The notes under the pieces are model-generated. The model saw only the letters and a list, made by a program, of their open reading frames with translations. It did not search any database and was not told where the DNA came from. Source: Candidatus Woykebacteria bacterium RBG_13_40_15 (GTDB lineage Bacteria; Patescibacteriota; Microgenomatia; Woykebacterales; RBG-16-39-9b). From it: 64,000 bases of DNA. Below, piece by piece: positions 1 through 8,899 of the stretch (position 1 is the stretch's first letter; the number at the start of each line of letters is the position of its first letter). Both the position numbers and the translations under genes were made by a program. Where the stretch lies: the NCBI GenBank assembly GCA_001816655.1, contig MHCP01000014.1, positions 27,068 through 91,067 of the forward strand, read 5' to 3'.

Positions 1-1269
1 ATGAAAACTAAAAAAATTCATTTTATGGGGGTTGGTGGAACTGGCTGTTCAGCTGTTTATTTTATCGCTAAAAGTTTGGGGTACTCTGTTTCAGGCTGCG
101 ACAAGGAAATTTCTAGGTTTATTGGAACCGAAAAAGGAATCCAAAAAGGCCACAACGCCTTGCATCTAGTCGGAGTAGACTCTTTAGTTTACTCTCCTGC
201 TATTCCAGCCCTCGATCCTCAAAACCCTGAATTATTATCTGCCAAAGCTAGAGGTGTAGAAACTATGCCTTGGGAGAGGTTTGTTGCAAGGGAATTCCTG
301 AAGGATAAGTTTGTTATTGCGGTGTCCGGTACCCATGGCAAAAGCACGACAACGGCGATGATTGCCACGATTCTAGAGAAAGCAGGTTTAGATCCGACTT
401 GTTTAGTTGGGGCTATTGTAAATAGTTGGGGCCGAAATTTTCGTGTGGGAAAATCGAAATACTTTGTAATTGAGGCAGATGAGTACGGGGAAAAATTTTT
501 AGAATTTTCCGCGGATGCCGCTGTCATTACAAATATTGATTTTGATCACCCTGAGTATTTCAAAAACTTAGGAGAGGTGGAACTGGCATTTGAGAAGTTT
601 GTTAAAAATACAAAGGAAGGCTCGATCCTCATGACTGGCCCTGGTGTTAATATTCAAAATCCTAATGGTGAGACACTGAGAGTGGTATCCAACGGTTTTA
701 ATCTTAAGTTAATTGGGGAGTTTAATAAAACTAATGCAGCACTTGCTGCGTCGGTTGCGCGGAAGCTGGGTATTTCCGAAGAAACAATAAAAAGCGCGTT
801 GGAGAGCTTTTCAGGACTTGTTAGGCGATTCGAGTTTAAAGGCGAGGAAAAGGGTGTGGCCGTTTTTGATGATTACGCCCACCATCCAACCGCCGCTCTC
901 GAGACCTTAAAAGCCGTAAGAGAAAGGTTCCCAGACAAAAAAATCTGGTTAGTTTTTCAGCCCCACCTTTTTACGAGAACCAAGGCTCTTTTTGGCCAGT
1001 TTAAAGAAGCCTTTGAAAAAGCACCAGTTGATGAAATAATTCTGGTTGATATTTTTGCTGCAAGAGAAAAAGATACCGGAGAAATAAATAGTGGGGACCT
1101 CGCAAAAAGTATTGAAGGAAGGGAAGTAAAATATATCCCAGAGATAGAAGAAGCTGCAATTTACTTAGTGAAAGAAGTTTCTGCAGGAGACCTTGTAGTT
1201 TCTATGGGTGCTGGTGGTATCTCAAAGCTATCAGAAATTTTGCTAAAAAAATTAAAAGGAAAAGGATGA
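1..1269 (+). CDS. murC: UDP-N-acetylmuramate--L-alanine ligase
   Basis: N-terminal HFMGVGGTG dinucleotide-type motif and Mur-ligase P-loop GTHGKSTTT. 422 aa. First gene of the dcw cluster. Confidence 0.85.
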   Translation: MKTKKIHFMGVGGTGCSAVYFIAKSLGYSVSGCDKEISRFIGTEKGIQKGHNALHLVGVDSLVYSPAIPALDPQNPELLSAKARGVETMPWERFVAREFLKDKFVIAVSGTHGKSTTTAMIATILEKAGLDPTCLVGAIVNSWGRNFRVGKSKYFVIEADEYGEKFLEFSADAAVITNIDFDHPEYFKNLGEVELAFEKFVKNTKEGSILMTGPGVNIQNPNGETLRVVSNGFNLKLIGEFNKTNAALAASVARKLGISEETIKSALESFSGLVRRFEFKGEEKGVAVFDDYAHHPTAALETLKAVRERFPDKKIWLVFQPHLFTRTKALFGQFKEAFEKAPVDEIILVDIFAAREKDTGEINSGDLAKSIEGREVKYIPEIEEAAIYLVKEVSAGDLVVSMGAGGISKLSEILLKKLKGKG

Positions 1270-2162
1270 GCAAAGAGCTAATCAAGAAACTTGGATTTAA
1301 TCGAATAAAACTTAATGAACCGTTGTCAGAGCACACTTTTATTCAAGCGGGAGGACCGGCCGATTTCTATTATGAAGCGAAAATTTCAGAAGAACTAAAA
1401 GAGGCTGCAAAAGCGGCAGCTGCCGAAAAAATTCCTTTTGTGGTGATTGGTGCTGGTGGTAATATTTTAGCTTCGGATAAGGGGTTTCGAGGATTGGTAA
1501 TAAAGAATTCTTCAGAAAATATCAAATTTTCGCCATTTGATTTTGTTGAGGTGGATTCAGGGGTAAACAATAGTGAATTAATCACCGCTGCAAAGGATAG
1601 AGGCCTCACTGGTTTAGAAAGACTAATCAAAGTTCCGGGAACGGTCGGCGGTGCAATATACATGAATGCAGGGGATACAGCAAAATCTGAGTTTTTTGGG
1701 GATTTAGTTGAAACAGTGGCCGTCCTTGATCAAAATGGTGAGGTAAAAAAGTTGGGAAAAGAAGATTGCGGCTTTGCATATCGCACGTCTCGTTTTCAAG
1801 GTAGCGGCGAGATAATTTTGAGCGCCAGCATACAATTAAAACAGGCTACAAAAGAAGAGATAGAAAGTAAGGCGAAGGACGTTTTAGTTCGAAAAATGAA
1901 TCAGCCGACTGGTCCTTCAATGGGGTCAATTTTCAAAAACCCACCTGGAAATTTCGCTGGTAAGCTAATTGATGAAGCAGGTTTAAAAGGAAAAGAGGTA
2001 GGCAGTGCAAAAATATCGGAAAAACATGCAAATTATATAATCAATGAAGGTAGTGCTAAGGCTTCAGATGTAAAAGCTTTAGTAGATTTGGCAAAATCAG
2101 AAGTTAAAAAGAAATTTGGAATCGACCTCCAAGAAGAAATCCGCTATGTTGGGGAGTGGTGA
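1266..2162 (+). CDS. murB: UDP-N-acetylenolpyruvoylglucosamine reductase
   Basis: FAD-binding-type N-terminus (FIQAGGPADFYYEA...VIGAGGN) and MurB-like C-terminal region. ATGA overlap with murC. Confidence 0.8.
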   Translation: MSKELIKKLGFNRIKLNEPLSEHTFIQAGGPADFYYEAKISEELKEAAKAAAAEKIPFVVIGAGGNILASDKGFRGLVIKNSSENIKFSPFDFVEVDSGVNNSELITAAKDRGLTGLERLIKVPGTVGGAIYMNAGDTAKSEFFGDLVETVAVLDQNGEVKKLGKEDCGFAYRTSRFQGSGEIILSASIQLKQATKEEIESKAKDVLVRKMNQPTGPSMGSIFKNPPGNFAGKLIDEAGLKGKEVGSAKISEKHANYIINEGSAKASDVKALVDLAKSEVKKKFGIDLQEEIRYVGEW

Positions 2163-2217
2163 GGAACCGCACCGATATTCAGCACGGTTCCTCAAATCGG
2201 TAGTTGGGTGGTAGGTC

Positions 2218-2619
2218 TTATTGATCGTGGCAGGTACAGGGAAACTCGAAATCTCCGAAGAAGTGCCTCGGATGATCGTTGTGTACGTGGCAATCAAGGG
2301 CCTGACGGCCAGGGTAATCCTGGCACAGGCATTCTTGAGGGTACGGTAGGGTTTTCAGAACTGCCACGATTTTGTCCTCGACCTCAGGCCGTAGCCTTGC
2401 TTCCAAGCTGTGCAGGCACATAAGCTGCAATGTGGAATTGAATTCGTCGGGATCCTCGCAGGACAGGAGGAGCACCTGCGCGTCTCTGCTTTCCATTGGG
2501 CCTGGTTCATCTCGTCCTTGGACTCGCCATCGTTGCCCCCAGGCTTCTAACCTTTTGGTGTCTGGATTGAACCTGACTTCTACCGGTGCTAGTTCGATCG
2601 CCGTGCTTGTTTGCGACAT
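2218..2619 (-). CDS. hypothetical protein with Cys/His-rich C-terminus, encoded in a high-GC insert
   Basis: 133-aa ORF with GGAGGGAG RBS 5 nt upstream of the ATG. C-terminus CLCQDYPGRQALDCHVHNDHPRHFFGDFEFPCTCHDQ. GC content is clearly higher than the flanking mur genes. Confidence 0.45.
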   Translation of the reverse strand: MSQTSTAIELAPVEVRFNPDTKRLEAWGQRWRVQGRDEPGPMESRDAQVLLLSCEDPDEFNSTLQLMCLHSLEARLRPEVEDKIVAVLKTLPYPQECLCQDYPGRQALDCHVHNDHPRHFFGDFEFPCTCHDQ

Positions 2620-2728
2620 ACGGCTCCCTCCTCAGGATGGGTTTGATACTTCTCCAGCTCTTCTAACTAGGGAATAATAACAGAGCTAATCCCCCTCGGT
2701 CAACTATTAAGTTGTTTGACCAGGTTTC

Positions 2729-2757
2729 TTGCAATCTACTACTTGCTAGCTTAAAAT
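2729..2757 (+). promoter_or_regulatory. sigma70-like promoter (TTGCAA-17bp-TAAAAT) directly upstream of the murA ATG
   Basis: -35 at 2729-2734 and -10 at 2752-2757. The ATG at 2765 is only 7 nt downstream and there is no SD. Confidence 0.4.
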
Positions 2758-2764
2758 TAGGGAC

Positions 2765-4081
2765 ATGGCAAAATACATTATTGAGGGTGGCTTTCCCTTG
2801 AAAGGGAAAGTAGCTGTTCCTGGGGCGAAAAATGCCGGTTTTAAGTTAATAATTGCGAGCCTTCTTTCCGATGAAATTTCCACTCTAAGTAACATTTCTT
2901 ATATCCGCGACGTTATTTCAGTCAAAAAAATAATTGAGGCTTTGGGTGCAAAAGTTGCGTTTTCCGATGACACAATGCAGATTAGCGGTGGAATTAAAAC
3001 TTGGGAAGTACCAGCCGAACTTGGAATAGCTTCGCGGGCTTCTTTTATGTATTTGCCGGTTCTTCTGCATAGATTTAAAAAGGGAAAAGTTAATCTTCCT
3101 GTTGGCGATAAAATTGGTGATCGTCCGATAAACTGGTTTCTTGATGGTTTAAAGAAAATGGGGGCGGCTATTGTTGAGAATGATGGTTTAGTCGAAGTTA
3201 CCGCTCCAAACGGCCTTTCTGGCTGCAACTATACTTTTCCAAAAAATTCTCATACCGGAACTGAAGGTTTGATAATGGCAGCAGCTCTTGCTAGCGGAAA
3301 AACTAAGTTAGAAAATTCAGCTGCCGAGCCTGAAATTGATGATTTAATTGCCTTTTTGAACAAAATGGGAGCAAAAATCAGGCGGGTTTCGGAACGAACG
3401 ATTGAGATTGAAGGAGTAGTTTCTTTGAAAGGCGCTGTTCATAAGGTAATGCCAGACCGAAATGAAGTTGTGACTTTTGGTTGTATTGCTCTGGGTACCA
3501 AAGGGGACATTGAAATAGAAAACGCTAACCCTCAGGTCATTAAGGCATTTCTCGAAAAAGTTAAAGAGGCCGGTGGTGGAGTTGAAATGGCAGAGGGGGG
3601 CCTGCGTATTTTTTACAAAGGGGACTTAAAATCAACTAATGTCGAGACGAAACCGTATCCTGGTTTTATGACAGACTGGCAGAGTCTATGGACGGCTTTA
3701 ATGACTCAAAACTTTGGAGAATCGACTGTTCATGAAACAATCTTTGAAAATCGTTTTGGTTTTGTCCCAAGCTTGCAAAAAATGGGAGCAAAGATTGAAT
3801 TATTTTCCCCGAAGGTTACTAACCCAGCTAGTTTTTATAACTTTGATTGGAAAAGCGAATCTGAAAAATATCCTCACGCAGCAAAAATTTTTGGCCCAAC
3901 AAGGCTGAAAGGTAGTGATTTGGAAGTTACCGACATTAGAGCTGGTGCAACTCTTGTCTTTGCGGCACTTGCAGCAGAGGGCGAAAGTAGCCTTTCTGGT
4001 ATAGAGCATATCGAAAGAGGTTACGAAGACTTAGAAGGAAGGCTTGAACGTTTAGGCGCTAGAATCGGAAAGATAGAGTAG
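2765..4081 (+). CDS. murA: UDP-N-acetylglucosamine 1-carboxyvinyltransferase
   Basis: N-terminus MAKYIIEGGFPLKGKVAVPGAKNAG is typical of MurA/EPSP-synthase-fold enzymes. 438 aa. Confidence 0.85.
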   Translation: MAKYIIEGGFPLKGKVAVPGAKNAGFKLIIASLLSDEISTLSNISYIRDVISVKKIIEALGAKVAFSDDTMQISGGIKTWEVPAELGIASRASFMYLPVLLHRFKKGKVNLPVGDKIGDRPINWFLDGLKKMGAAIVENDGLVEVTAPNGLSGCNYTFPKNSHTGTEGLIMAAALASGKTKLENSAAEPEIDDLIAFLNKMGAKIRRVSERTIEIEGVVSLKGAVHKVMPDRNEVVTFGCIALGTKGDIEIENANPQVIKAFLEKVKEAGGGVEMAEGGLRIFYKGDLKSTNVETKPYPGFMTDWQSLWTALMTQNFGESTVHETIFENRFGFVPSLQKMGAKIELFSPKVTNPASFYNFDWKSESEKYPHAAKIFGPTRLKGSDLEVTDIRAGATLVFAALAAEGESSLSGIEHIERGYEDLEGRLERLGARIGKIE

Positions 4082-4090
4082 GGCTATTTT

Positions 4091-5290
4091 ATGAATGGCA
4101 GATTTTTCAAAAAAATTTTACATACCGGACGGAGATTTGCGGCCAAGTTTTGGATGTTGACTCATTCAAAAGTACAGGTAATAGGAATTACAGGAAGTTA
4201 TGGTAAAACGTATACTACGAGTGCCATTAGTAGTGTACTTTCGGAAAAATACAAAGTTCTACAAACTGATATTAACCTCGATACTCTTTATAATGTTCCA
4301 ATTACAGTTTTAAAACTTTCTGATCAACAAAAATTAGTTTTAGAGTACGGTATTGATCATCCAAAGGAAATGAGCGGGCATCTTTTTGTAGTAAAGCCGT
4401 CTATCGCAGTGATAACTGGTATTACACCAGTTCACGCCGACCCCGCTCATTTAGGATCCCTGGAAAACATTGTTAAGGAAAAAGGAAAGTTAGCTGAAGC
4501 TGCCTCAAAAAGGAAGGGTTGGATAGTAGCAAACTGGGATGATCAACTTGCAAGAAGAATTGCAGAGAGTGTAAAGGGAAAAATTATTTTCTACGGAAAA
4601 AACAGGTATCACTGCCAGTTTTGGGCCTCTCACATAAAGGTTCTTTCAAAAGGAACAAGCTTCAAAATGCATTTCAAAGGCCAAAGCCATAATGTCAAAT
4701 TACAACTTATAGGTAAACATCACGTATATACAGCGATGGCTGCTGTTGCTGTAGGGTACCTTTGTGATCTTAAATGGAGGGAAATAATTCGAGGCTTAGA
4801 AAAAGTTAAACCGCTTCCCGGTCGTGGCAACATTGAACTTGGTCCTAAAGAATCAATAGTTTTCAATGATTCGCGTCGGGCTAACCCCGCTTCAACGGTT
4901 GCGGGGCTCCAAACCTTGGCGGACTTTCCGGCAAAAAGAAAAATTGCCGTTCTTGGAGAGATGGGGGAGCTTGGTGACTATTCCGAGGAAGGACATCGCA
5001 GCGTTGGTAGAAAGGCGGCGGAAACAAAACCTGATTATTTGATTTGTGTTGGAGAGCAGACCAAATATATTGCTGATGAAGCCGAAAAAGGAATGAAAAA
5101 AGGGAAGGTAATTTGGGTCAAAGATGTATTTGAAGCTGCTGGAGCTCTCTCTGGGGTTTTGAAAAAAGGCGACCTCTGGTATTTGAAGGGCTCTCTGTTG
5201 AAACACTTAGAGCGGATCCCTCTAATTCTAGAAGGCAAAGATGTTGATCCTGACGAAATCGCTTCAAAACGCTACGAAGTCTACACTTAA
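4091..5290 (+). CDS. murF: Mur ligase family protein, MurF-like (UDP-MurNAc-tripeptide--D-Ala-D-Ala ligase), lacking the N-terminal domain
   Basis: P-loop GITGSYGKTYTT near residue 33. C-terminal domain NDSRRANPAST...IAVLGEMGELGDYSEE resembles MurF/MurE. 399 aa, shorter than typical MurF. Confidence 0.6.
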   Translation: MNGRFFKKILHTGRRFAAKFWMLTHSKVQVIGITGSYGKTYTTSAISSVLSEKYKVLQTDINLDTLYNVPITVLKLSDQQKLVLEYGIDHPKEMSGHLFVVKPSIAVITGITPVHADPAHLGSLENIVKEKGKLAEAASKRKGWIVANWDDQLARRIAESVKGKIIFYGKNRYHCQFWASHIKVLSKGTSFKMHFKGQSHNVKLQLIGKHHVYTAMAAVAVGYLCDLKWREIIRGLEKVKPLPGRGNIELGPKESIVFNDSRRANPASTVAGLQTLADFPAKRKIAVLGEMGELGDYSEEGHRSVGRKAAETKPDYLICVGEQTKYIADEAEKGMKKGKVIWVKDVFEAAGALSGVLKKGDLWYLKGSLLKHLERIPLILEGKDVDPDEIASKRYEVYT

Positions 5291-5353
5291 TTCTGCATTC
5301 TTAAGTCCCTGTAGTTTGCTTGAAAGCCAGTCAAGTGGTAAAATCAAGCCTAC

Positions 5354-6361
5354 ATGGTAAAACTTTTGGGGATTTTGCTTTTTTCTTTTGCGGCTACTTT
5401 TGCCGCGGCAGTCCCTTTTATCAACCTTTTATATAAGCTTAAGTTTCAACGCCAGCGTGAGGCGCAAAAAGATATTTTTGGGCATTTTACTTCAATCGTT
5501 AATCGTCTTCACGGTTGGAAAGTCGGTACTCCAAACGCTGGAGGAATTCTGATTATTTTGGTCACTATATTTTTCTCTGCCCTCTTTTACAAATTGACCA
5601 AGTATCACCTCAATTGGACAGCCTATATTTTGTATATAACTTTGACTGGATTTGGGATCCTAGGTCTTTATGACGACATTAGAAAGTTTTACGGCTTCAA
5701 AATTGCTGGTGTTTGGGGATTGCGAATTCGTTATAAATTTTTATTACAACTTCTTCTCTCATTACTGATTGGTTACCTTCTTTTTAGTAAAATGGGGTTG
5801 TCTTCAATCCACGTTCCTATTGCTAATTCAAATATAGAGCTAGGGCCTTTTTATATAATTTGGGCAGCCCTCATTGTTTTCGCAACAACAAATGCTGTAA
5901 ATATTACAGACGGGTTGGATGGACTAGCCACTGGTAGCGTTATAATTTCGTTAGTTGCTTTTTGGTACCTGGCTAGTCTAACTAACTTTGGTGATATCGA
6001 TTTATTTATCGCTGTAACTATCGGTTCTCTGTTAGCATTTCTTTACTTTAATATCTATCCGGCTAGAGTGTGGCTTGGTGATACAGGAGCGCTTCCTCTG
6101 GGAGCGATGCTGGCGGTAGTTGCTTTAATTTTGAATGCTTCGTTAGTTTTACCTTTCATTGGTTTAATTTTTGTCGTAGAAGCAGCAAGTTCCCTCGCGC
6201 AAATGCTCTCAAAAGGCCTTTTTCATCAGCGTGTTTTTATCGCTGCACCTCTTCATCACCATTTTGAAGCCAAAGGTTGGGATGAGACCAAAGTAACAAT
6301 GAGGTTTTGGCTTGGAAGCGTAGCAGCAGCCTTTATTGGTGTGTTCATTGCCTTATTATAA
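5354..6361 (+). CDS. mraY: phospho-N-acetylmuramoyl-pentapeptide transferase
   Basis: Polytopic membrane protein with NAVNITDGLDGLATG and HHHFE motifs. Confidence 0.85.
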   Translation: MVKLLGILLFSFAATFAAAVPFINLLYKLKFQRQREAQKDIFGHFTSIVNRLHGWKVGTPNAGGILIILVTIFFSALFYKLTKYHLNWTAYILYITLTGFGILGLYDDIRKFYGFKIAGVWGLRIRYKFLLQLLLSLLIGYLLFSKMGLSSIHVPIANSNIELGPFYIIWAALIVFATTNAVNITDGLDGLATGSVIISLVAFWYLASLTNFGDIDLFIAVTIGSLLAFLYFNIYPARVWLGDTGALPLGAMLAVVALILNASLVLPFIGLIFVVEAASSLAQMLSKGLFHQRVFIAAPLHHHFEAKGWDETKVTMRFWLGSVAAAFIGVFIALL

Positions 6362-6372
6362 CTTGTTCCGTT

Positions 6373-7740
6373 ATGTTGATTATGGATTTCAAAGGTAAAA
6401 AAATTGCAGTAATTGGTGCTGGTGTGGAAGGGCTTTCCTCACTAGAATTTTTTTCAAAAAAAGAAGCCTTACTATTTATATTGGACCAAAAAAACGAAAA
6501 CGAAATTAAAAGAGACAAGTTGGATAGGATAAAAGGTCTTGGCGCTAAAATAATTACCGGCAAAAATTATTTATCAAGCTTATCAGATTTCGATATTATA
6601 GTTCGATCGCCAGGGGTTAGGAGGGATTTGCCAGAAATAGTCCGCGCAGAAAAAAGAGGTGCTGTTGTAACATCACAAACTAAATTATTTTTTGATTTGT
6701 GTCCTGCAAAGATTATTGGTGTTACTGGTACGAAAGGAAAGGGAACAACATCAAGTTTAATCTATGAGATTTTAAAGCAGGCTGGGAGAGAAGTTTTCTT
6801 GGGGGGTAATATTGGAAAGCCACCTCTCGATCTTATTGATGAACTGACTAAGGAGTCCATCGTTGTTTTGGAACTTTCGAGCTTCCAACTTATTGATTTA
6901 GATAAAAGTCCCTACATTGCTGTGATCCTAATGATTACTAGCGAGCATCTTGATTGGCACAAAAGCCCTGACGAATACTTTAAAGCAAAGGAGACGATAG
7001 TAAAGTTCCAGAATGAAAATGATTCTGTAGTTATGAATGCGGATTTCGAACAGTCAAAAAAAATTGGGGATACTTCCCTCGCAAAAAAATATTATTTCTC
7101 CACAAAATCAAAAATAGGGCAAGGTGCATTTGTTGATGAGGACCAGATTGTATCAACCATTGGTAGCCTGCAGGAAGTTGTTAAGATTTCAGATATCAAA
7201 ATTCCCGGTGAGCACAATTTGCAAAATGTTGCGGCTGCGACCCTTGTAGCTGAAATTTTAAAAATTCCTGTTGATGCAATAAGATCAGCGGTTAGGTTAT
7301 ATAAAGGACTTCCGCATAGATTAGAGTTAATAGCAGAAAAAAACGGAGTTCCTTTTTACAATGATTCGGCTTCAACCAATCCGGAAACTACAATAGCTGC
7401 AATTTTGGCCTTTAAAAATCCAAAGATATTAATACTTGGAGGTTCAAGTAAGAACTCTAATTTTGATAATCTTGGAAAAGCGGCTTCCAATGAAAACGTA
7501 AAGGCAGTGATTCTGGTAGGACAAGAGGCAATAAGAATAAAACAGTCTTTGGAAAGAGCTAATTTTAAAGGACAGATCGTTGAGAATGTTGAAGAAATGC
7601 AGGGCGTTGTTGGTAAGGCTGTAAGTTTAGCCAATATGGGCGACGTTGTAATTCTTTCACCAGCGTGCGCCTCTTTTGATCAATATAAAAATTACATCGA
7701 GCGAGGGGAGAAATTCAAACAAGCTGTAAGAGAGTTATAG
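6373..7740 (+). CDS. murD: UDP-N-acetylmuramoylalanine--D-glutamate ligase
   Basis: KIAVIGAGVEG Rossmann N-terminus and GVTGTKGKGTTSS P-loop. Start moved to the ATG at 6373 to avoid overlap with mraY. Confidence 0.8.
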   Translation: MLIMDFKGKKIAVIGAGVEGLSSLEFFSKKEALLFILDQKNENEIKRDKLDRIKGLGAKIITGKNYLSSLSDFDIIVRSPGVRRDLPEIVRAEKRGAVVTSQTKLFFDLCPAKIIGVTGTKGKGTTSSLIYEILKQAGREVFLGGNIGKPPLDLIDELTKESIVVLELSSFQLIDLDKSPYIAVILMITSEHLDWHKSPDEYFKAKETIVKFQNENDSVVMNADFEQSKKIGDTSLAKKYYFSTKSKIGQGAFVDEDQIVSTIGSLQEVVKISDIKIPGEHNLQNVAAATLVAEILKIPVDAIRSAVRLYKGLPHRLELIAEKNGVPFYNDSASTNPETTIAAILAFKNPKILILGGSSKNSNFDNLGKAASNENVKAVILVGQEAIRIKQSLERANFKGQIVENVEEMQGVVGKAVSLANMGDVVILSPACASFDQYKNYIERGEKFKQAVREL

Positions 7741-7744
7741 TTTC

Positions 7745-8851
7745 ATGAAAAAAGCAATTAAACTTTCAGTTCACAAGCCAGATTTAATTCTTTTGGGAGT
7801 AGTTTTTGCTCTTTTGTTGTTTGGGCTTTTAATGATTTTTAATGCTTCTCCTGTAACCAGCCTTCGTGATTTCGGTGACAACCTTTACTTAATTCGGTGG
7901 CAGATCCTCTGGTCTATATTGGGCTTGGTAGCCGCTTCTATTGTGTTTATTTTTCCTTACACCTTTTGGCAAAAAATATCGCCTCTGATATTCATTTCTT
8001 CCCTGGTTCTACTTTGCGCAGTTTTAATTCCTGCGTTCGGCTTAAAAGTTTACGGTGCTCAAAGATGGTTGAGTTTTGGTTGGATTGGTTTTCAGCCGGC
8101 GGAATTTGCCAAACTTGCATATATTATTTATGTTTCTTCCGTCCTCGCAAGGGATATAAAAATTAAACATTTTTTGATTGTTACTGCAATTTTCGCTGGG
8201 ATCCTGCTTTATCAAAAAGACCTTGGGACAACTGTTGTTCTTGTAGCGTCGGGCCTAGCAATTTTATTTGCTTCTGGAGCAAGGCTTTTGTATTTTTTTC
8301 TTTTAGTCCCGGCCTTTGCCGCCATAGGGTCGGCTTTAGTTTTTTTCACAGATTATAGGAAAGCAAGATTTCTTTGCTTCTTAAATCCATTAGCTGATCA
8401 ACAAGGAGTTTGTTATCATATTTATCAATCGCTTCTTGCTATTGGATCTGGCGGTGTTTTCGGTCTTGGTTTAGGACAATCTAGGCAAAAATATGGTTTT
8501 ATTCCAGAGGTTGCAACCGACTCAATTTTTGATGTAATTGGAAACGAACTGGGGTTTATCGGAGCTTTGGTGTTGATTAGCACCCTTTTATTATTGATTT
8601 ACCGAGGTTTCAAAATAGCTAAAAATGCTCCTGATAAGTTTAGTTACTTGTTAGTAACAGGAATTACAACTTGGGTGGGTATTCAAGCTCTTATAAATAT
8701 AGCTGGTCTTTCGGCTCTTTTGCCTTTGGTTGGTGTACCTTTGCCCTTTATTTCCTACGGAGGAAGCTCTTTAATAGCAACTCTCCTTGCAGTAGCAATA
8801 CTTCTAAATATTTCCCGTTACACAAAACATGATTCAATTAATTTTAGGTAA
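7745..8851 (+). CDS. ftsW: SEDS-family peptidoglycan glycosyltransferase, FtsW by dcw position
   Basis: 10-TM FtsW/RodA-type protein sitting between murD and murG. Confidence 0.7.
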   Translation: MKKAIKLSVHKPDLILLGVVFALLLFGLLMIFNASPVTSLRDFGDNLYLIRWQILWSILGLVAASIVFIFPYTFWQKISPLIFISSLVLLCAVLIPAFGLKVYGAQRWLSFGWIGFQPAEFAKLAYIIYVSSVLARDIKIKHFLIVTAIFAGILLYQKDLGTTVVLVASGLAILFASGARLLYFFLLVPAFAAIGSALVFFTDYRKARFLCFLNPLADQQGVCYHIYQSLLAIGSGGVFGLGLGQSRQKYGFIPEVATDSIFDVIGNELGFIGALVLISTLLLLIYRGFKIAKNAPDKFSYLLVTGITTWVGIQALINIAGLSALLPLVGVPLPFISYGGSSLIATLLAVAILLNISRYTKHDSINFR

Positions 8852-8861
8852 GGCTTAGTAA

Positions 8862-8891
8862 TTGAACTTGTAAATGACTTTTATGTATAAT
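8862..8891 (+). promoter_or_regulatory. sigma70-like promoter (TTGAAC-18bp-TATAAT) abutting the murG ATG
   Basis: -35 at 8862-8867 and a perfect -10 at 8886-8891. The ATG at 8900 is 8 nt downstream with no SD, so the mRNA would be leaderless or near-leaderless. Confidence 0.4.
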
Positions 8892-8899
8892 CTACATTT

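Noticed and set aside
2163-2191. Perfect hairpin after murB as an intrinsic terminator
   Set aside because: No T-run follows the stem. It is kept only as a junction marker of the high-GC insert.
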